Part shown: one piece after another, positions 1 through 9,224 of the stretch | Position numbering within the stretch: the first letter of the stretch is position 1 | Layout: every line of letters begins with the position of its first letter | Assembly (NCBI GenBank): GCA_964487545.1 | Contig: CAZARI010000005.1 | Coordinates: 25,061 to 89,060 of the forward strand | Direction: 5' to 3' | DNA: 64,000 nt | Origin: an uncultured Cryomorphaceae bacterium | GTDB taxonomy: Bacteria; Bacteroidota; Bacteroidia; Flavobacteriales_D; SKUL01 | Program-made: the position numbers and the translations under genes | The notes under the pieces: generated by a model | Told to the model about the DNA's origin: nothing | The model's database searches: none | What the model saw: only the letters and a program-made list of their open reading frames with translations

Positions 1-926
1 GTAATGTCGCCACCAACGGTATAATCAATGATTTCTTTGTGGTGCACCTCCGATTGCCAGCTAAAACCACGGTATTTCAATGCGGTTTCTATGTTGAGTT
101 GGTTCAACGCGAGGTCGGCCGCTACATCTGTGTACATTGAAAACATCGGCAATTGCTCACCTCCATCCGACGAAAACTGTGTAAACCGACCGCGATTGGT
201 TACTCCGGCCACGGCAATCATTCCTGCCGGTAGCTCTGAAATGCCCGGATCGCTGCCGTCATATTCAAACTCGCGACCAAATAGATTCCATTGCAAACGG
301 CCCAGGTACATCAGGTGCTCGTCGTCATTAAAGTCGGCACTGTTGCCGGTGCCAGTGAGTACGGTCGCCCAGTAGCTGAAGTTTAGCATACCGTTGCCCG
401 CAAGATTTCCGTAGAGTTGCACCCCCTGTTGACGGTCTATATTTAATGGTCGATTCAGAATCGAGCGTCCCAGCATTTGCTGATTTCCACTGCTGATCAT
501 GCGCTCCATACTGTATTCGGCTTTCCACTGACCGACTTTAACTTTCAGCCCTTTCCACTTTTCGATCATGAACCGAAAATCCAGCAGGGTTTCACTCACC
601 ACGTCGTATTCTATTTGAAACTTAAGCCACGGACGATATGCATGGCCACCAAGCTTCAAGCGCGCGCGGTTGATGAGAAATGCCGGTTGTGGAGTCTGGT
701 CAAAATCGCCGATTACCTCCGGCGCTTGGTCTGACGGTGTTGTAAACCGAAACTGCAGTCTGCCCCCAAGAGATAACCCAAAATTATTGTTGGGGGTGGT
801 CATCTTAAACCCATCTTCTGTGTAATCAACAGCAACCTTTTGTGGACTTACCCAGGTGCTGTCTTGAGCTGCCAAAATCACAGGAAATAAAACGACAGCA
901 ATCAATAATGGTACAACTACCCGCAT
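1..926 (-). CDS. phosphate-selective porin O/P-like outer-membrane protein, C-terminus cut by window edge
   Basis: Absent from the supplied ORF track because it runs off the window. Hand translation from ATG (926-924): MRVVVPLLIAVVLFPVILAAQDSTWVSPQKVAVDYTEDGFKMTTPNNNFGLSLGGRLQFRFTTPSDQ...FLINRARLKLGGHAYRPWLKFQIEYD...KVGQWKAEYSMERMISSGNQQMLGRS. The frame stays open to position 1. It has a signal peptide and an alternating beta-strand pattern resembling OprO/OprP-family porins. Track ORFs 28-375(+) and 477-734(+) are antisense to it. Confidence 0.7.
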   Translation of the reverse strand, partial: MRVVVPLLIAVVLFPVILAAQDSTWVSPQKVAVDYTEDGFKMTTPNNNFGLSLGGRLQFRFTTPSDQAPEVIGDFDQTPQPAFLINRARLKLGGHAYRPWLKFQIEYDVVSETLLDFRFMIEKWKGLKVKVGQWKAEYSMERMISSGNQQMLGRSILNRPLNIDRQQGVQLYGNLAGNGMLNFSYWATVLTGTGNSADFNDDEHLMYLGRLQWNLFGREFEYDGSDPGISELPAGMIAVAGVTNRGRFTQFSSDGGEQLPMFSMYTDVAADLALNQLNIETALKYRGFSWQSEVHHKEIIDYTVGGDI

Positions 927-1044
927 CGTATTAACCAGGTGTTAAGCTTTTGTTAAAAGCCCACAAAGGTAACAAGCCGCACGACGTACTACCAAATTCG
1001 TTTACGCCCTATTTTGTAACCACTTCGCTCATAGAGAAAATAAT

Positions 1045-1052
1045 TACTTTTG
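1045..1052 (+). promoter_or_regulatory. candidate Bacteroidota -7 promoter box (TACTTTTG)
   Basis: Exact match to TAnnTTTG, 65 nt upstream of the ATG at 1117. Confidence 0.35.
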
Positions 1053-1116
1053 CACGACTTTTACCCGCCTTTTGCTCGGTAATGGCGTACTTTCCCCAAG
1101 CATTGTTTAGCATCTA

Positions 1117-3417
1117 ATGGTACACTTCATCCTTCTGCTTTTATCGCTGCTGTTTTTTATAGGTTCCTCCTATGGTCAGGAAGTGGTTATCAATGAGATC
1201 ATGTCGAATAATGAGAGCGATATTCAAGACGAAGATGGTGACTACAGCGACTGGATTGAGCTATACAACACCAGCAACTTGGAGATAAATCTGAACAACT
1301 ATTCGCTCTCTGATGATGCCAATCACTTGAATAAGTGGGTGATGCCGGAAGTTTTCCTTTCTCCTAATAGCTATATCCTTGTGTTTGCTTCGGGCAAGGA
1401 CCGATACCATCCCGACGAATTACATACTAATTTCAGTATTGCTGCCGCAGGTGAAGAGTTGTTTCTAACCGACAATAATGAAATGGTATTGGATCAGACT
1501 CCGGCCGTGGAGTTGGCAGATAATCAGTCATTGGGTCGATTGCCAAATGGGTCAGGTGATTGGATTGTTTTGAACCAAAGCAGCCCGGGAGAAAGTAATG
1601 ACAACAACGACGTATTGATTTTTTCGCATGATCAGGGATTTTTTACCGCACCAATCCAATTGGCCATTACTTCTCTCATGGGAGATACGCTCAGATATAC
1701 CTTGGATGGTTCGGAGCCTACTGTATCATCCGAAGTTTATGTGATGCCGATTCAGATGGGATTCAGAAATAACGAACCCAATTTTTTTAGTGATATCCCT
1801 ACCACTCCTGGACAATCATTGATCAGTTATAAAGCATGGGAGAGCCCCGATTACATGGTGGACAAGGCAAATGTTATCAGGTGCGCCACTTTTAGAAATG
1901 GTCAAAGAACCAGTGCGATTTATACCCGGACTTATTTTGTGGATAGCCTGATTTTTGAAAAATATGACATGCCAGTGGTTTCATTGATAACCGACGCCGA
2001 ACATTTATTTGATTCGGAAACGGGCATCTATGTGCCAGGACAACACTACAACCCCGGAAACCCGGAATGGTCAGGAAACTACTTTATGAGAGGTGATGCA
2101 TGGGAAAGGCCGGTACACATCGAATTTTTTGAAAGTGACGGGACGATTGGTTTTGTGCAAGACGCGGGGGTTAGAATCCATGGTGGCAAAACCAGACAGG
2201 CGTCTCAAAAATCGCTCAGAATGTATGCGCGAAATGAGTATGGTAAAAAATATTTTAACTATAAGTTGTTTCCTCAAAAAGAGACTGAACAATATAAAAG
2301 GTTCATTCTACGCACTACAATGGGTTCATGGGGAGATCAGTCCATAATAAAAGATGACCTCGCACATGAAATGGTTCGTGAACTCAATGTCGATTTTCAG
2401 GATTACAGGCCGGTGGTTGTTTTCTTGAATGGCGAATATTGGGGAATCCACACCATCAAAGACCGAATCGATGAACGATACATCTCATATACACACAACA
2501 TTCCTTATGAATTTGTGGAGATGCGGGATGGCAACGCGAATTACAATAGCATGATTGCTTTTTTGGAAGGAAACGATCTTTCCGAAAGTGTGAATTACGA
2601 CTATATCAAAACACAAATCGATGTACCTAATTTCATAGATTATTTCATAGCCGAGATGTTCTTTTCTAACTATGATTGGTTGCCCAACAACGAAGAGGTA
2701 TGGCGCCCCTTAACACCAGAGGGTAAATGGCGTTGGATTTTTTTCGATTTGGATGCAAGTATGGAGGACCCGTACCGAAATATGTTTTATCAGGCAACAA
2801 ATGAAGTGCCCGGCGCATATCTTAGCACCCCTGAGGGAACATTTCTATTTAGGCAAATGATCAAAAGTCAAGAGTTTCAGAATGATTTTGTGAACCGGTT
2901 TGCCGTTGTTCTAAACCATTTCTTGAACCTTTCGGTTGCCGAAACCAAAGTGGCAGCGTTAAAGCAACTTTATCAACACGAATTGCCTTCTCACCTGAAT
3001 CGCTGGAAATATCCCGACAGCTTTCAGGTTTGGGAGAACGATCTGGAACAAGCACTGCTCGATTTTATCGACAAACGGCCCTGTATTGTTGAGTTGAATA
3101 TTGTAGCGTTCTTCAACCTTAGTTCATTCGGTTTCATTTGTGATGATTCGTCAGTTTTATCACTTGAGCATGGAGTCACTGTCGGTCCAAATCCGACCAC
3201 TGGACAGCTGTTCTTTCAGAACAATTTTGATAAAGCATTTAGTGGTACTGTTCGGATATTCAGCGCTTCGGGACATTTGGTGCGAGAGCACAGATCAATT
3301 AATATTGAATCGAAGAGCCGACAATATGAAGATATTTCCACACTGGCACCAGGAGTATATGTCATTAACTTTATCAGCTCAACCCTTAACACTTCTGTAC
3401 GGCTCGTTAAGTATTAA
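1117..3417 (+). CDS. secreted CotH kinase-family protein with N-terminal lamin-tail-like domain and T9SS C-terminal sorting domain
   Basis: Signal peptide MVHFILLLLSLLFFIGSSYG. LTD-like block QEVVINEIMSNN..DEDGDYSDWIELYNTS. CotH core GVRIHGGKTRQASQKSLRMYARNEYGKKYFNY. The last ~80 aa (GPNPTTGQLFF...GVYVINF...VRLVKY) look like a T9SS type A sorting domain. Paralogue at 46784-49159. Confidence 0.85.
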   Translation: MVHFILLLLSLLFFIGSSYGQEVVINEIMSNNESDIQDEDGDYSDWIELYNTSNLEINLNNYSLSDDANHLNKWVMPEVFLSPNSYILVFASGKDRYHPDELHTNFSIAAAGEELFLTDNNEMVLDQTPAVELADNQSLGRLPNGSGDWIVLNQSSPGESNDNNDVLIFSHDQGFFTAPIQLAITSLMGDTLRYTLDGSEPTVSSEVYVMPIQMGFRNNEPNFFSDIPTTPGQSLISYKAWESPDYMVDKANVIRCATFRNGQRTSAIYTRTYFVDSLIFEKYDMPVVSLITDAEHLFDSETGIYVPGQHYNPGNPEWSGNYFMRGDAWERPVHIEFFESDGTIGFVQDAGVRIHGGKTRQASQKSLRMYARNEYGKKYFNYKLFPQKETEQYKRFILRTTMGSWGDQSIIKDDLAHEMVRELNVDFQDYRPVVVFLNGEYWGIHTIKDRIDERYISYTHNIPYEFVEMRDGNANYNSMIAFLEGNDLSESVNYDYIKTQIDVPNFIDYFIAEMFFSNYDWLPNNEEVWRPLTPEGKWRWIFFDLDASMEDPYRNMFYQATNEVPGAYLSTPEGTFLFRQMIKSQEFQNDFVNRFAVVLNHFLNLSVAETKVAALKQLYQHELPSHLNRWKYPDSFQVWENDLEQALLDFIDKRPCIVELNIVAFFNLSSFGFICDDSSVLSLEHGVTVGPNPTTGQLFFQNNFDKAFSGTVRIFSASGHLVREHRSINIESKSRQYEDISTLAPGVYVINFISSTLNTSVRLVKY

Positions 3418-3566
3418 CGCTTCACGCTGAGCTGAATTGGTGGTTTGCTCATAAAACGAACTTTCCATACCGCGGTTGGTGAGATGAGTTGAGGTAATTA
3501 GCTGTTCAGTTAGTGATCTCTGGAATGGGAGCGTCATCTCCAACAGCATTCTCAAAACACAAAACC

Positions 3567-3938
3567 ATGAAACCCAACAACAGACTTTCAATTTCTGGCC
3601 GAGTGCTGAGTTTTAAATACGCTTTTAACGGCCTCAAAATACTTTTAAAACAAGAGCCCAATGCAAAGTTTCATCTAATTGCGGCGGTGGTGGTTGTAGT
3701 TGCAGGATTCCTGTTTAGCATCAGTTTGCCAGAATGGATGGCGCTGATTTTCGCCATTGCGCTGGTCATTGCTTTCGAGACAATCAACACGGCCATTGAA
3801 ACGTTTGCAGATTTTGTGCACCCCGAAAATCACGAGGCCATTAAAAAAATTAAAGACCTGACAGCAGGAGCCGTTTTGGTGAGTGCCATCGCAGCGCTGC
3901 TGGTCGGAATGTTGATCTTTATGCCCAAAATATTTTGA
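3567..3938 (+). CDS. dgkA: diacylglycerol kinase family protein
   Basis: Small 3-TM protein with the ALVIAFETINTAIETFADFVHPE and DLTAGAVLVSA blocks typical of prokaryotic DAGK. I prefer ATG 3567 (MKPNN...) over the track start at 3513. Confidence 0.8.
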   Translation: MKPNNRLSISGRVLSFKYAFNGLKILLKQEPNAKFHLIAAVVVVVAGFLFSISLPEWMALIFAIALVIAFETINTAIETFADFVHPENHEAIKKIKDLTAGAVLVSAIAALLVGMLIFMPKIF

Positions 3939-3943
3939 GCTGA

Positions 3944-4471
3944 ATGGATTCATCCACCCTTAGCATCCGCAAAGTTGAACCGCCAATGGTTAAAATGCTG
4001 CAGCAGATTGGCAGGCAAACCTTTTTTCAAACTTTCGCCTCAGCCAACAGCGAGGAAAATATGGCAGCCTACCTGGAAGAAAAATTTTCTGAAAAGCAGC
4101 TTATAAAGGAGTTATCCAATAGTAAATCAACATTTTATTTTGCACTTTCCGGAGAAAGAGTGGTTGGCTTCCTCAAGGTGAACTTCGATGACGCACAAAC
4201 CGAGCTCCGCGGCCAACCGGCTATGGAAATAGAACGGATTTATGTTTTGAACGAATTCCACGGAAAAGGGGTAGGGCAAGCGCTTTTTGAAAAGGCCCTC
4301 GAGCTGGCTCAGCAACGCAGCATAGAATACATCTGGCTGGGGGTGTGGGAAGGAAATCCACGCGCCATTCGTTTTTACGAGAAAAACGGATTCAATATTT
4401 TCGACAAACATATTTTTCGACTGGGTGATGACCAACAAACCGATTTGCTGATGAAGCGCGACAAATGTTGA
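3944..4471 (+). CDS. GNAT family N-acetyltransferase
   Basis: Acetyl-CoA binding block RIYVLNEFHGKGVGQALFEKALELA, then NPRAIRFYEKNGF. Confidence 0.8.
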   Translation: MDSSTLSIRKVEPPMVKMLQQIGRQTFFQTFASANSEENMAAYLEEKFSEKQLIKELSNSKSTFYFALSGERVVGFLKVNFDDAQTELRGQPAMEIERIYVLNEFHGKGVGQALFEKALELAQQRSIEYIWLGVWEGNPRAIRFYEKNGFNIFDKHIFRLGDDQQTDLLMKRDKC

Positions 4472-4562
4472 GACAGTTTAATGTTATTTCAGTCCACCAA
4501 CACGCAAAATTCAAATTGCCGGCCCCTGCCAATCACAGCGGTTAATCACCACACAAAAAGAA

Positions 4563-4570
4563 TAACTTTG
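4563..4570 (+). promoter_or_regulatory. candidate -7 box (TAACTTTG) only 4 nt before the Crp/Fnr ATG, suggesting a possible leaderless mRNA
   Basis: Exact TAnnTTTG match at 4563-4570. The ATG is at 4575. Confidence 0.3.
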
Positions 4571-4574
4571 TGAT

Positions 4575-5198
4575 ATGGAAACGTTGCAGCAAATCACTGA
4601 ATTCAGGTCATCTCCCGAGCTGATTGCAAAGCTCAATGAGCACGGAATTAGAAAATCCTTCACGGCCGGAACCATCGTGCTGAACGAAAACGCATACATC
4701 CGCGCCATTCCAATCATTATGAGAGGGGTAATGAAGGTATTCAGAACCGACGAGGACGGCCGCGAAATACTGCTCTACTACATCAAAGCCGGCGAAAGCT
4801 GCATCATGTCGTTTCTCGGTGGTTTGCACGAAGAAACCAGTAAGGTAAAAGCCGAGGTAGAAGAAGACGCTGAAATTCTGTTTCTTCCGTTAGACAAGGT
4901 GCATCTGTTCATCAAAGAATACCCACAGTGGCTCGATTATATTTTTAAACTCTATCACAAACGATTCGAAGAGTTGCTTGACGTGGTCAATGCCATGGCT
5001 TTTAAAAAAGTAGACCAACGCCTGCTGAGTCTGCTCCATAAGAAATCAGAACTGACGAGTGCACACACGATTAATGTCACACACGAGCAACTGGCCAATG
5101 AGCTCGGCACAGCGCGCGTGGTGGTTTCGCGGTTATTAAAACAGCTCGAAGAAAATGGTGTGGTACAACTCGGGCGCAACGCCATCACCCTTGTGTAA
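4575..5198 (+). CDS. Crp/Fnr family transcriptional regulator
   Basis: cNMP-binding-like beta-roll (GTIVLNENAYIRAIPIIMRGVMKVFRTDEDGREILLYYIKAGESC) plus a C-terminal HTH (THEQLANELGTARVVVSRLLKQLEENG). There is no N-terminal Cys cluster, so it is not a classical [4Fe-4S] FNR. Confidence 0.85.
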   Translation: METLQQITEFRSSPELIAKLNEHGIRKSFTAGTIVLNENAYIRAIPIIMRGVMKVFRTDEDGREILLYYIKAGESCIMSFLGGLHEETSKVKAEVEEDAEILFLPLDKVHLFIKEYPQWLDYIFKLYHKRFEELLDVVNAMAFKKVDQRLLSLLHKKSELTSAHTINVTHEQLANELGTARVVVSRLLKQLEENGVVQLGRNAITLV

Positions 5199-5238
5199 CC
5201 AAAGTAACTGTGAAGGTCTCGGGAGAGGTGCACCTTTG
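5191..5238 (+). promoter_or_regulatory. conserved box 1: TTGTGTAACCAAAGTAACTG, 21 nt, ACCTTTG (-7-like), upstream of the TauE gene
   Basis: The 20-mer spans the last two codons and the stop of the Crp/Fnr gene. The same architecture recurs at 6474-6521 (19/20 identity, identical 21-nt spacing). Confidence 0.45.
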
Positions 5239-5255
5239 CACCAAATCTCAGATTA

Positions 5256-6047
5256 ATGGAAACCGCCGGTTATATCGCCTCTGTTTTTATAGGAATTGCG
5301 CTTGGCTTGATTGGCGGAGGAGGCAGTATTCTTACGGTGCCGGTGCTGGTTTATCTGTTTGGAATAGACGCCGTGATGGCCACGGCCTATTCGCTGTTTA
5401 TTGTCGGATCGACGAGCCTTGTTGGTAGCGCATCATACTTTCGCAAGGGGCTGGTCAATTTCAGAACAGCACTCGTTTTCGGCGCTCCCTCCATTGCAGC
5501 GGTTTATCTGACCCGCGCCTGGATCGTTCCGGCCATCCCCGGCCATATATTTGAAATCGGCGGATTTGTACTAACCAAGGACGCTTTGTTGATGCTGCTG
5601 TTTGCAGTGTTGATGATCGGTGCCGCATACAGTATGATCAGAAAACGAAAAAACGCACCGGTTGATTCCACGGCAGGGCAGCAATTCAATTATCCACTGA
5701 TCTTACTCGAAGGGGCTGTGGTGGGGGTACTCACCGGACTGGTAGGTGCCGGTGGCGGCTTCTTAATTATTCCGGCGCTCGTGCTGCTGAGCAAATTGCC
5801 GATGAAAGAAGCCGTGGGTACTTCCCTGGCGATTATCGCCGCCAAGTCGCTCATTGGATTTTTGGGTGAAAGCAGCGAAACCTTTATCGACTGGTCGTTT
5901 CTGCTGACCGTATCTGCATTTGCCATCGCCGGAATTTTTGTCGGAGCTGCATTTGCAAAGAAAATAGACGGAGAAAAACTCAAACCCGCCTTCGGATGGT
6001 TTGTTTTACTCATGGGTGTGTACATCATCTTAAAAGAAACAATATGA
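5256..6047 (+). CDS. TauE/SafE (TSUP) family sulfite/organosulfonate exporter
   Basis: 263 aa and ~8 TM, with duplicated glycine-rich helices ([13 protein letters not shown] and [13 protein letters not shown]) typical of the TSUP family. Confidence 0.85.
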   Translation: METAGYIASVFIGIALGLIGGGGSILTVPVLVYLFGIDAVMATAYSLFIVGSTSLVGSASYFRKGLVNFRTALVFGAPSIAAVYLTRAWIVPAIPGHIFEIGGFVLTKDALLMLLFAVLMIGAAYSMIRKRKNAPVDSTAGQQFNYPLILLEGAVVGVLTGLVGAGGGFLIIPALVLLSKLPMKEAVGTSLAIIAAKSLIGFLGESSETFIDWSFLLTVSAFAIAGIFVGAAFAKKIDGEKLKPAFGWFVLLMGVYIILKETI

Positions 6048-6481
6048 AAACGAAAACACATTTTTATGAAGTGAATGTCAAATGGGACGAGGGACGACAG
6101 GGTTTCGCCTCTTCACCCGACTTGAACGAAGCCATTACCTGTGCCACTCCACCCGAATTTCCTGCGGGTGTTCCGGGCATCTGGTCGCCCGAGCACTTCT
6201 ACACCGCCGCTATTAGCAGTTGCTACATGACCACCTTTTTGGCAATTGCCGAAAATTCGAAACTGGCATTTAAAGACTTCACCTGCAAAACCACCTGCAA
6301 ACTCGAGGTGGTAGATGGAAAATTTCTCATCACCGAAGCTCTTATCGAACCCGAAGTGGTGCTCGAAAACCTGGAGCGAGATCGCGCCAAGGCAGAACGT
6401 ATTCTGCAAAAATCAAAAGAAGCCTGTCTGGTAACCCGATCGATGAAAACCGAATCCGTGCTCAAACCTTCGGTTGTGTAA
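6044..6481 (+). CDS. OsmC/Ohr family peroxiredoxin-like protein
   Basis: ~145 aa with two conserved Cys contexts ([18 protein letters not shown] and [11 protein letters not shown]). ATG 6044 overlaps the TauE stop (ATGA). The track start at 5996 lies inside TauE and is rejected. Confidence 0.7.
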   Translation: MKTKTHFYEVNVKWDEGRQGFASSPDLNEAITCATPPEFPAGVPGIWSPEHFYTAAISSCYMTTFLAIAENSKLAFKDFTCKTTCKLEVVDGKFLITEALIEPEVVLENLERDRAKAERILQKSKEACLVTRSMKTESVLKPSVV

Positions 6482-6521
6482 CCAAAGTAGCTGACCCCGT
6501 ATTTTGAACTGCCGACCTTTG
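6474..6521 (+). promoter_or_regulatory. conserved box 2: TTGTGTAACCAAAGTAGCTG, 21 nt, ACCTTTG (-7-like), upstream of the MBL-rhodanese gene
   Basis: Spans the last codons and stop of the OsmC gene. 19/20 identical to box 1 with identical spacing. A TTTG sits in the spacer (6503-6506). Confidence 0.45.
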
Positions 6522-6564
6522 TGCCGTCAATATAGATTGAACATTCACTTTAAGACAAGCAAAG

Positions 6565-7977
6565 ATGAAAGTAGAACAAATTTACACCGGTTGTTTGGCC
6601 CAGGGAGCCTACTACATTACTTCCAACGGCGAAGCCGCCATTATCGATCCGCTGCGCGAAACCCAACCCTATCTCGATCGGCTGGAGAAAGACAACGTCA
6701 AACTCAAATACATTTTTGAAACCCACTTCCACGCCGACTTTGTGAGCGGTCACATCGACCTCAGTAAGAAAACCGGTGCGCCCATCGTGTACGGTCCAAA
6801 TGCTGCGTGCGAATTTGGCTGCTACTCGGCCAGAGACAACGAAATTTTCGATTTGGGAAAGGTTAAAATCAAGGTTATTCATACACCGGGTCATACCCTC
6901 GAAAGTACCAGCTTCCTGCTTATCGACGAAAACGGAAAACAAACCGCTCTCTTTAGCGGCGACACCTTGTTTCTCGGTGATGTTGGCCGTCCCGATTTGG
7001 CACAGAAATCCGCGGGAATGACACAGGAAGAATTGGCCGGAATGCTCTACGACAGTCTCTACAATAAAATTTTGCCCTTGCCCGACGACGTTGTGGTCTA
7101 TCCTGCCCACGGCGCCGGATCGGCCTGCGGAAAAAACATGATGAAAGAAACCGTCGACACCCTCGGTAACCAGAAAAAGGTAAACTACGCGCTGAATCAA
7201 AAGAGTAAATCCAATTTCATCGCTGCCGTAACCGATGGATTGCTGCCTCCGCCCGCTTATTTCGGCATGAACGTGGCCATGAATAAAAAAGGCTACGACA
7301 GCTTTGACAAAGTGCTGTCGCAGGGAATGCAGGCATTGTCGCCCGAAGCTTTTGAAAGGGCCGCAGAAGCCTCCGGCGCCATCATTCTCGATACCCGTGC
7401 CGACAGCGTATTTGCGAAAGGGTTTGTTCCGCAATCGGTAAACATCGGTCTCAATGGCGACTTTGCCCCGTGGGTGGGAGCGCTCGTTGCAGACGTTGCC
7501 CAACCGGTGCTGCTGGTTTGCGAAGAAGGCAGCGAAGAAGAAGCGGTAACGCGTCTGAGTCGCGTTGGTTTTGACAACGTACTCGGCTACCTCAATGGCG
7601 GCTTCGAATCCTGGAAAGTTGCCGGACAGGAGTACGATACCGTGCGCCGCATTTCTCCACAGCAGTTTGCCGGTGAAATGAAAAATGCGCAATGCAAGGT
7701 AATTGACGTTAGAAAGGAAAGCGAATTCGAAGCCGAACACCTGATCGAGGCCCAGAACAAACCGCTGGCTTTTCTCAACGATTGGATTCGCGACATCAAT
7801 CCCGACCAGCACTTTTATTTGCACTGTGCAGGGGGCTACCGAAGCATGATTTCGGCGAGTATTCTCCAAGCTCGGGGATACCGCAATTTTACCGAAGTAG
7901 AAGGTGGGTTCAACGCCATTGCCACCACCGATGTGCCTAAAACAAATTATGTGTGCCCAAGCACATTGACCAATTAA
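6565..7977 (+). CDS. MBL-fold hydrolase fused to two rhodanese domains (persulfide dioxygenase-sulfurtransferase-like)
   Basis: MBL motif ETHFHADFVSGH, HTPGHT and FSGDTLFLGDVGRPD. The middle rhodanese-like domain has an acidic loop (LLVCEEGSEEE). The C-terminal rhodanese has a catalytic-type loop (LHCAGGYRS). Confidence 0.8.
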   Translation: MKVEQIYTGCLAQGAYYITSNGEAAIIDPLRETQPYLDRLEKDNVKLKYIFETHFHADFVSGHIDLSKKTGAPIVYGPNAACEFGCYSARDNEIFDLGKVKIKVIHTPGHTLESTSFLLIDENGKQTALFSGDTLFLGDVGRPDLAQKSAGMTQEELAGMLYDSLYNKILPLPDDVVVYPAHGAGSACGKNMMKETVDTLGNQKKVNYALNQKSKSNFIAAVTDGLLPPPAYFGMNVAMNKKGYDSFDKVLSQGMQALSPEAFERAAEASGAIILDTRADSVFAKGFVPQSVNIGLNGDFAPWVGALVADVAQPVLLVCEEGSEEEAVTRLSRVGFDNVLGYLNGGFESWKVAGQEYDTVRRISPQQFAGEMKNAQCKVIDVRKESEFEAEHLIEAQNKPLAFLNDWIRDINPDQHFYLHCAGGYRSMISASILQARGYRNFTEVEGGFNAIATTDVPKTNYVCPSTLTN

Positions 7978-8010
7978 TCATCAGACAATAAATCCATTAA
8001 AACATAAACC

Positions 8011-8373
8011 ATGAACTTTTTTCAAAGATTATTTTCCCAGCCCGAATCAAATGAATTGAATCATGCGGTGCAGAAGGGAGCCTTTCTCGTTGACGTGCGT
8101 ACACCCGCCGAGTACCGCGTTGGCAGCGTGCAAGGAGCGGTTAATATACCGCTCGAAAAACTGAATCAGCAAATGCGCGCTTTTAAAGGCAAACCCAACG
8201 TGGTGGTATTTTGTCGCAGCGGACGACGCAGCATGATGGCCAAGCAAATTCTCGAACGAAACGGTATTTCTGCCATCAACGGAGGAACCTTTCATCTGGT
8301 CGGAAAGGCCGTGAAACAACAGGTGATTAATCAACCGATAAAACCAAAACATGACTTTTCAGCAAGTAATTAA
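8011..8373 (+). CDS. single-domain rhodanese sulfurtransferase
   Basis: Active-site loop VVVFCRSGRRS. ~120 aa. Confidence 0.8.
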   Translation: MNFFQRLFSQPESNELNHAVQKGAFLVDVRTPAEYRVGSVQGAVNIPLEKLNQQMRAFKGKPNVVVFCRSGRRSMMAKQILERNGISAINGGTFHLVGKAVKQQVINQPIKPKHDFSASN

Positions 8374-8644
8374 TCAGAAAAAACCGGTATTGGTCGATTT
8401 TTTTGCCACGTGGTGCGGACCGTGTCAGATGATGGAGCCCATTCTCGGACAAGTTAAAAACAACCTCGGCGACCGGGCAGACATCATCAAAATTGATGTC
8501 GACCAAAATCCGCAGGCTGCGGCAGCTTTTCAGGTGCGCGGTGTGCCCACACTGATCCTCTTCAAAAACGGAAAGCCCGTGTGGCGTCAGGCAGGTCTGG
8601 TATCTGCTGCGCAAATTGAAAAAATCATCACCGAAAACAGCTAA
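8351..8644 (+). CDS. thioredoxin
   Basis: FFATWCGPCQMM active site. 97 aa. Overlaps the rhodanese gene by 23 nt. Confidence 0.9.
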   Translation: MTFQQVINQKKPVLVDFFATWCGPCQMMEPILGQVKNNLGDRADIIKIDVDQNPQAAAAFQVRGVPTLILFKNGKPVWRQAGLVSAAQIEKIITENS

Positions 8645-8651
8645 GAAACCC

Positions 8652-9215
8652 ATGTTAGAATTCATTGCTCATCCCTGGCCGTGGTACGTGGCCGGACCGC
8701 TGATCGGACTCACCGTGCCCGCCCTGTTGTTGCTCGGCAATAAATCCTTCGGTATCAGCTCGTCGCTGCGGCACATTTGCGCCTCGTGCATGCCAGCCAA
8801 TATCCGGTTTTTTAAATACGACTGGAAAAAGGAAGTGTGGAACCTATTCTTTGTGTTCGGAATTTTTCTCGGCGGAGGCATCGCCATGGGATTGTTGGCC
8901 TCTCCCCACCCCGTTGAGGTTCATCCCAACCTGGTACAAGAACTGGCAAGCTACGGCATCACCAATTATTCCAACCTCGTGCCCGTCGATTTGCTCAACT
9001 GGCAATCCCTGTTCACCCCAAAAGGATTTGTAATGATGGTGGTTGGCGGCTTTCTCGTGGGCTTCGGCACACGCTACGCCGGAGGTTGCACCAGCGGCCA
9101 TGCCATCATGGGACTGTCAAATCTGCAGTGGCCCTCGTTGGTGGCAACCATCAGTTTCATGGTTGGAGGATTTTTGATGGCCAACCTGTTGTTGCCCCAT
9201 ATCCTAACCCTTTAA
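8652..9215 (+). CDS. YeeE/YedE family sulfur-compound transporter, first half
   Basis: [14 protein letters not shown] motif and a polytopic profile. I prefer ATG 8652 ([12 protein letters not shown]), 7 nt after the thioredoxin stop, over the track start at 8616. Confidence 0.8.
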   Translation: MLEFIAHPWPWYVAGPLIGLTVPALLLLGNKSFGISSSLRHICASCMPANIRFFKYDWKKEVWNLFFVFGIFLGGGIAMGLLASPHPVEVHPNLVQELASYGITNYSNLVPVDLLNWQSLFTPKGFVMMVVGGFLVGFGTRYAGGCTSGHAIMGLSNLQWPSLVATISFMVGGFLMANLLLPHILTL

Positions 9216-9224
9216 AAGCAAACG

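Noticed and set aside
6550-7869. 439-aa ORF on the minus strand
   Set aside because: It is entirely antisense to the MBL-rhodanese gene, whose product has clear catalytic motifs (HFHADF, CAGGYRS). The minus-strand product is low-complexity with no recognisable domain. This is the typical shadow ORF of a GC-rich gene.
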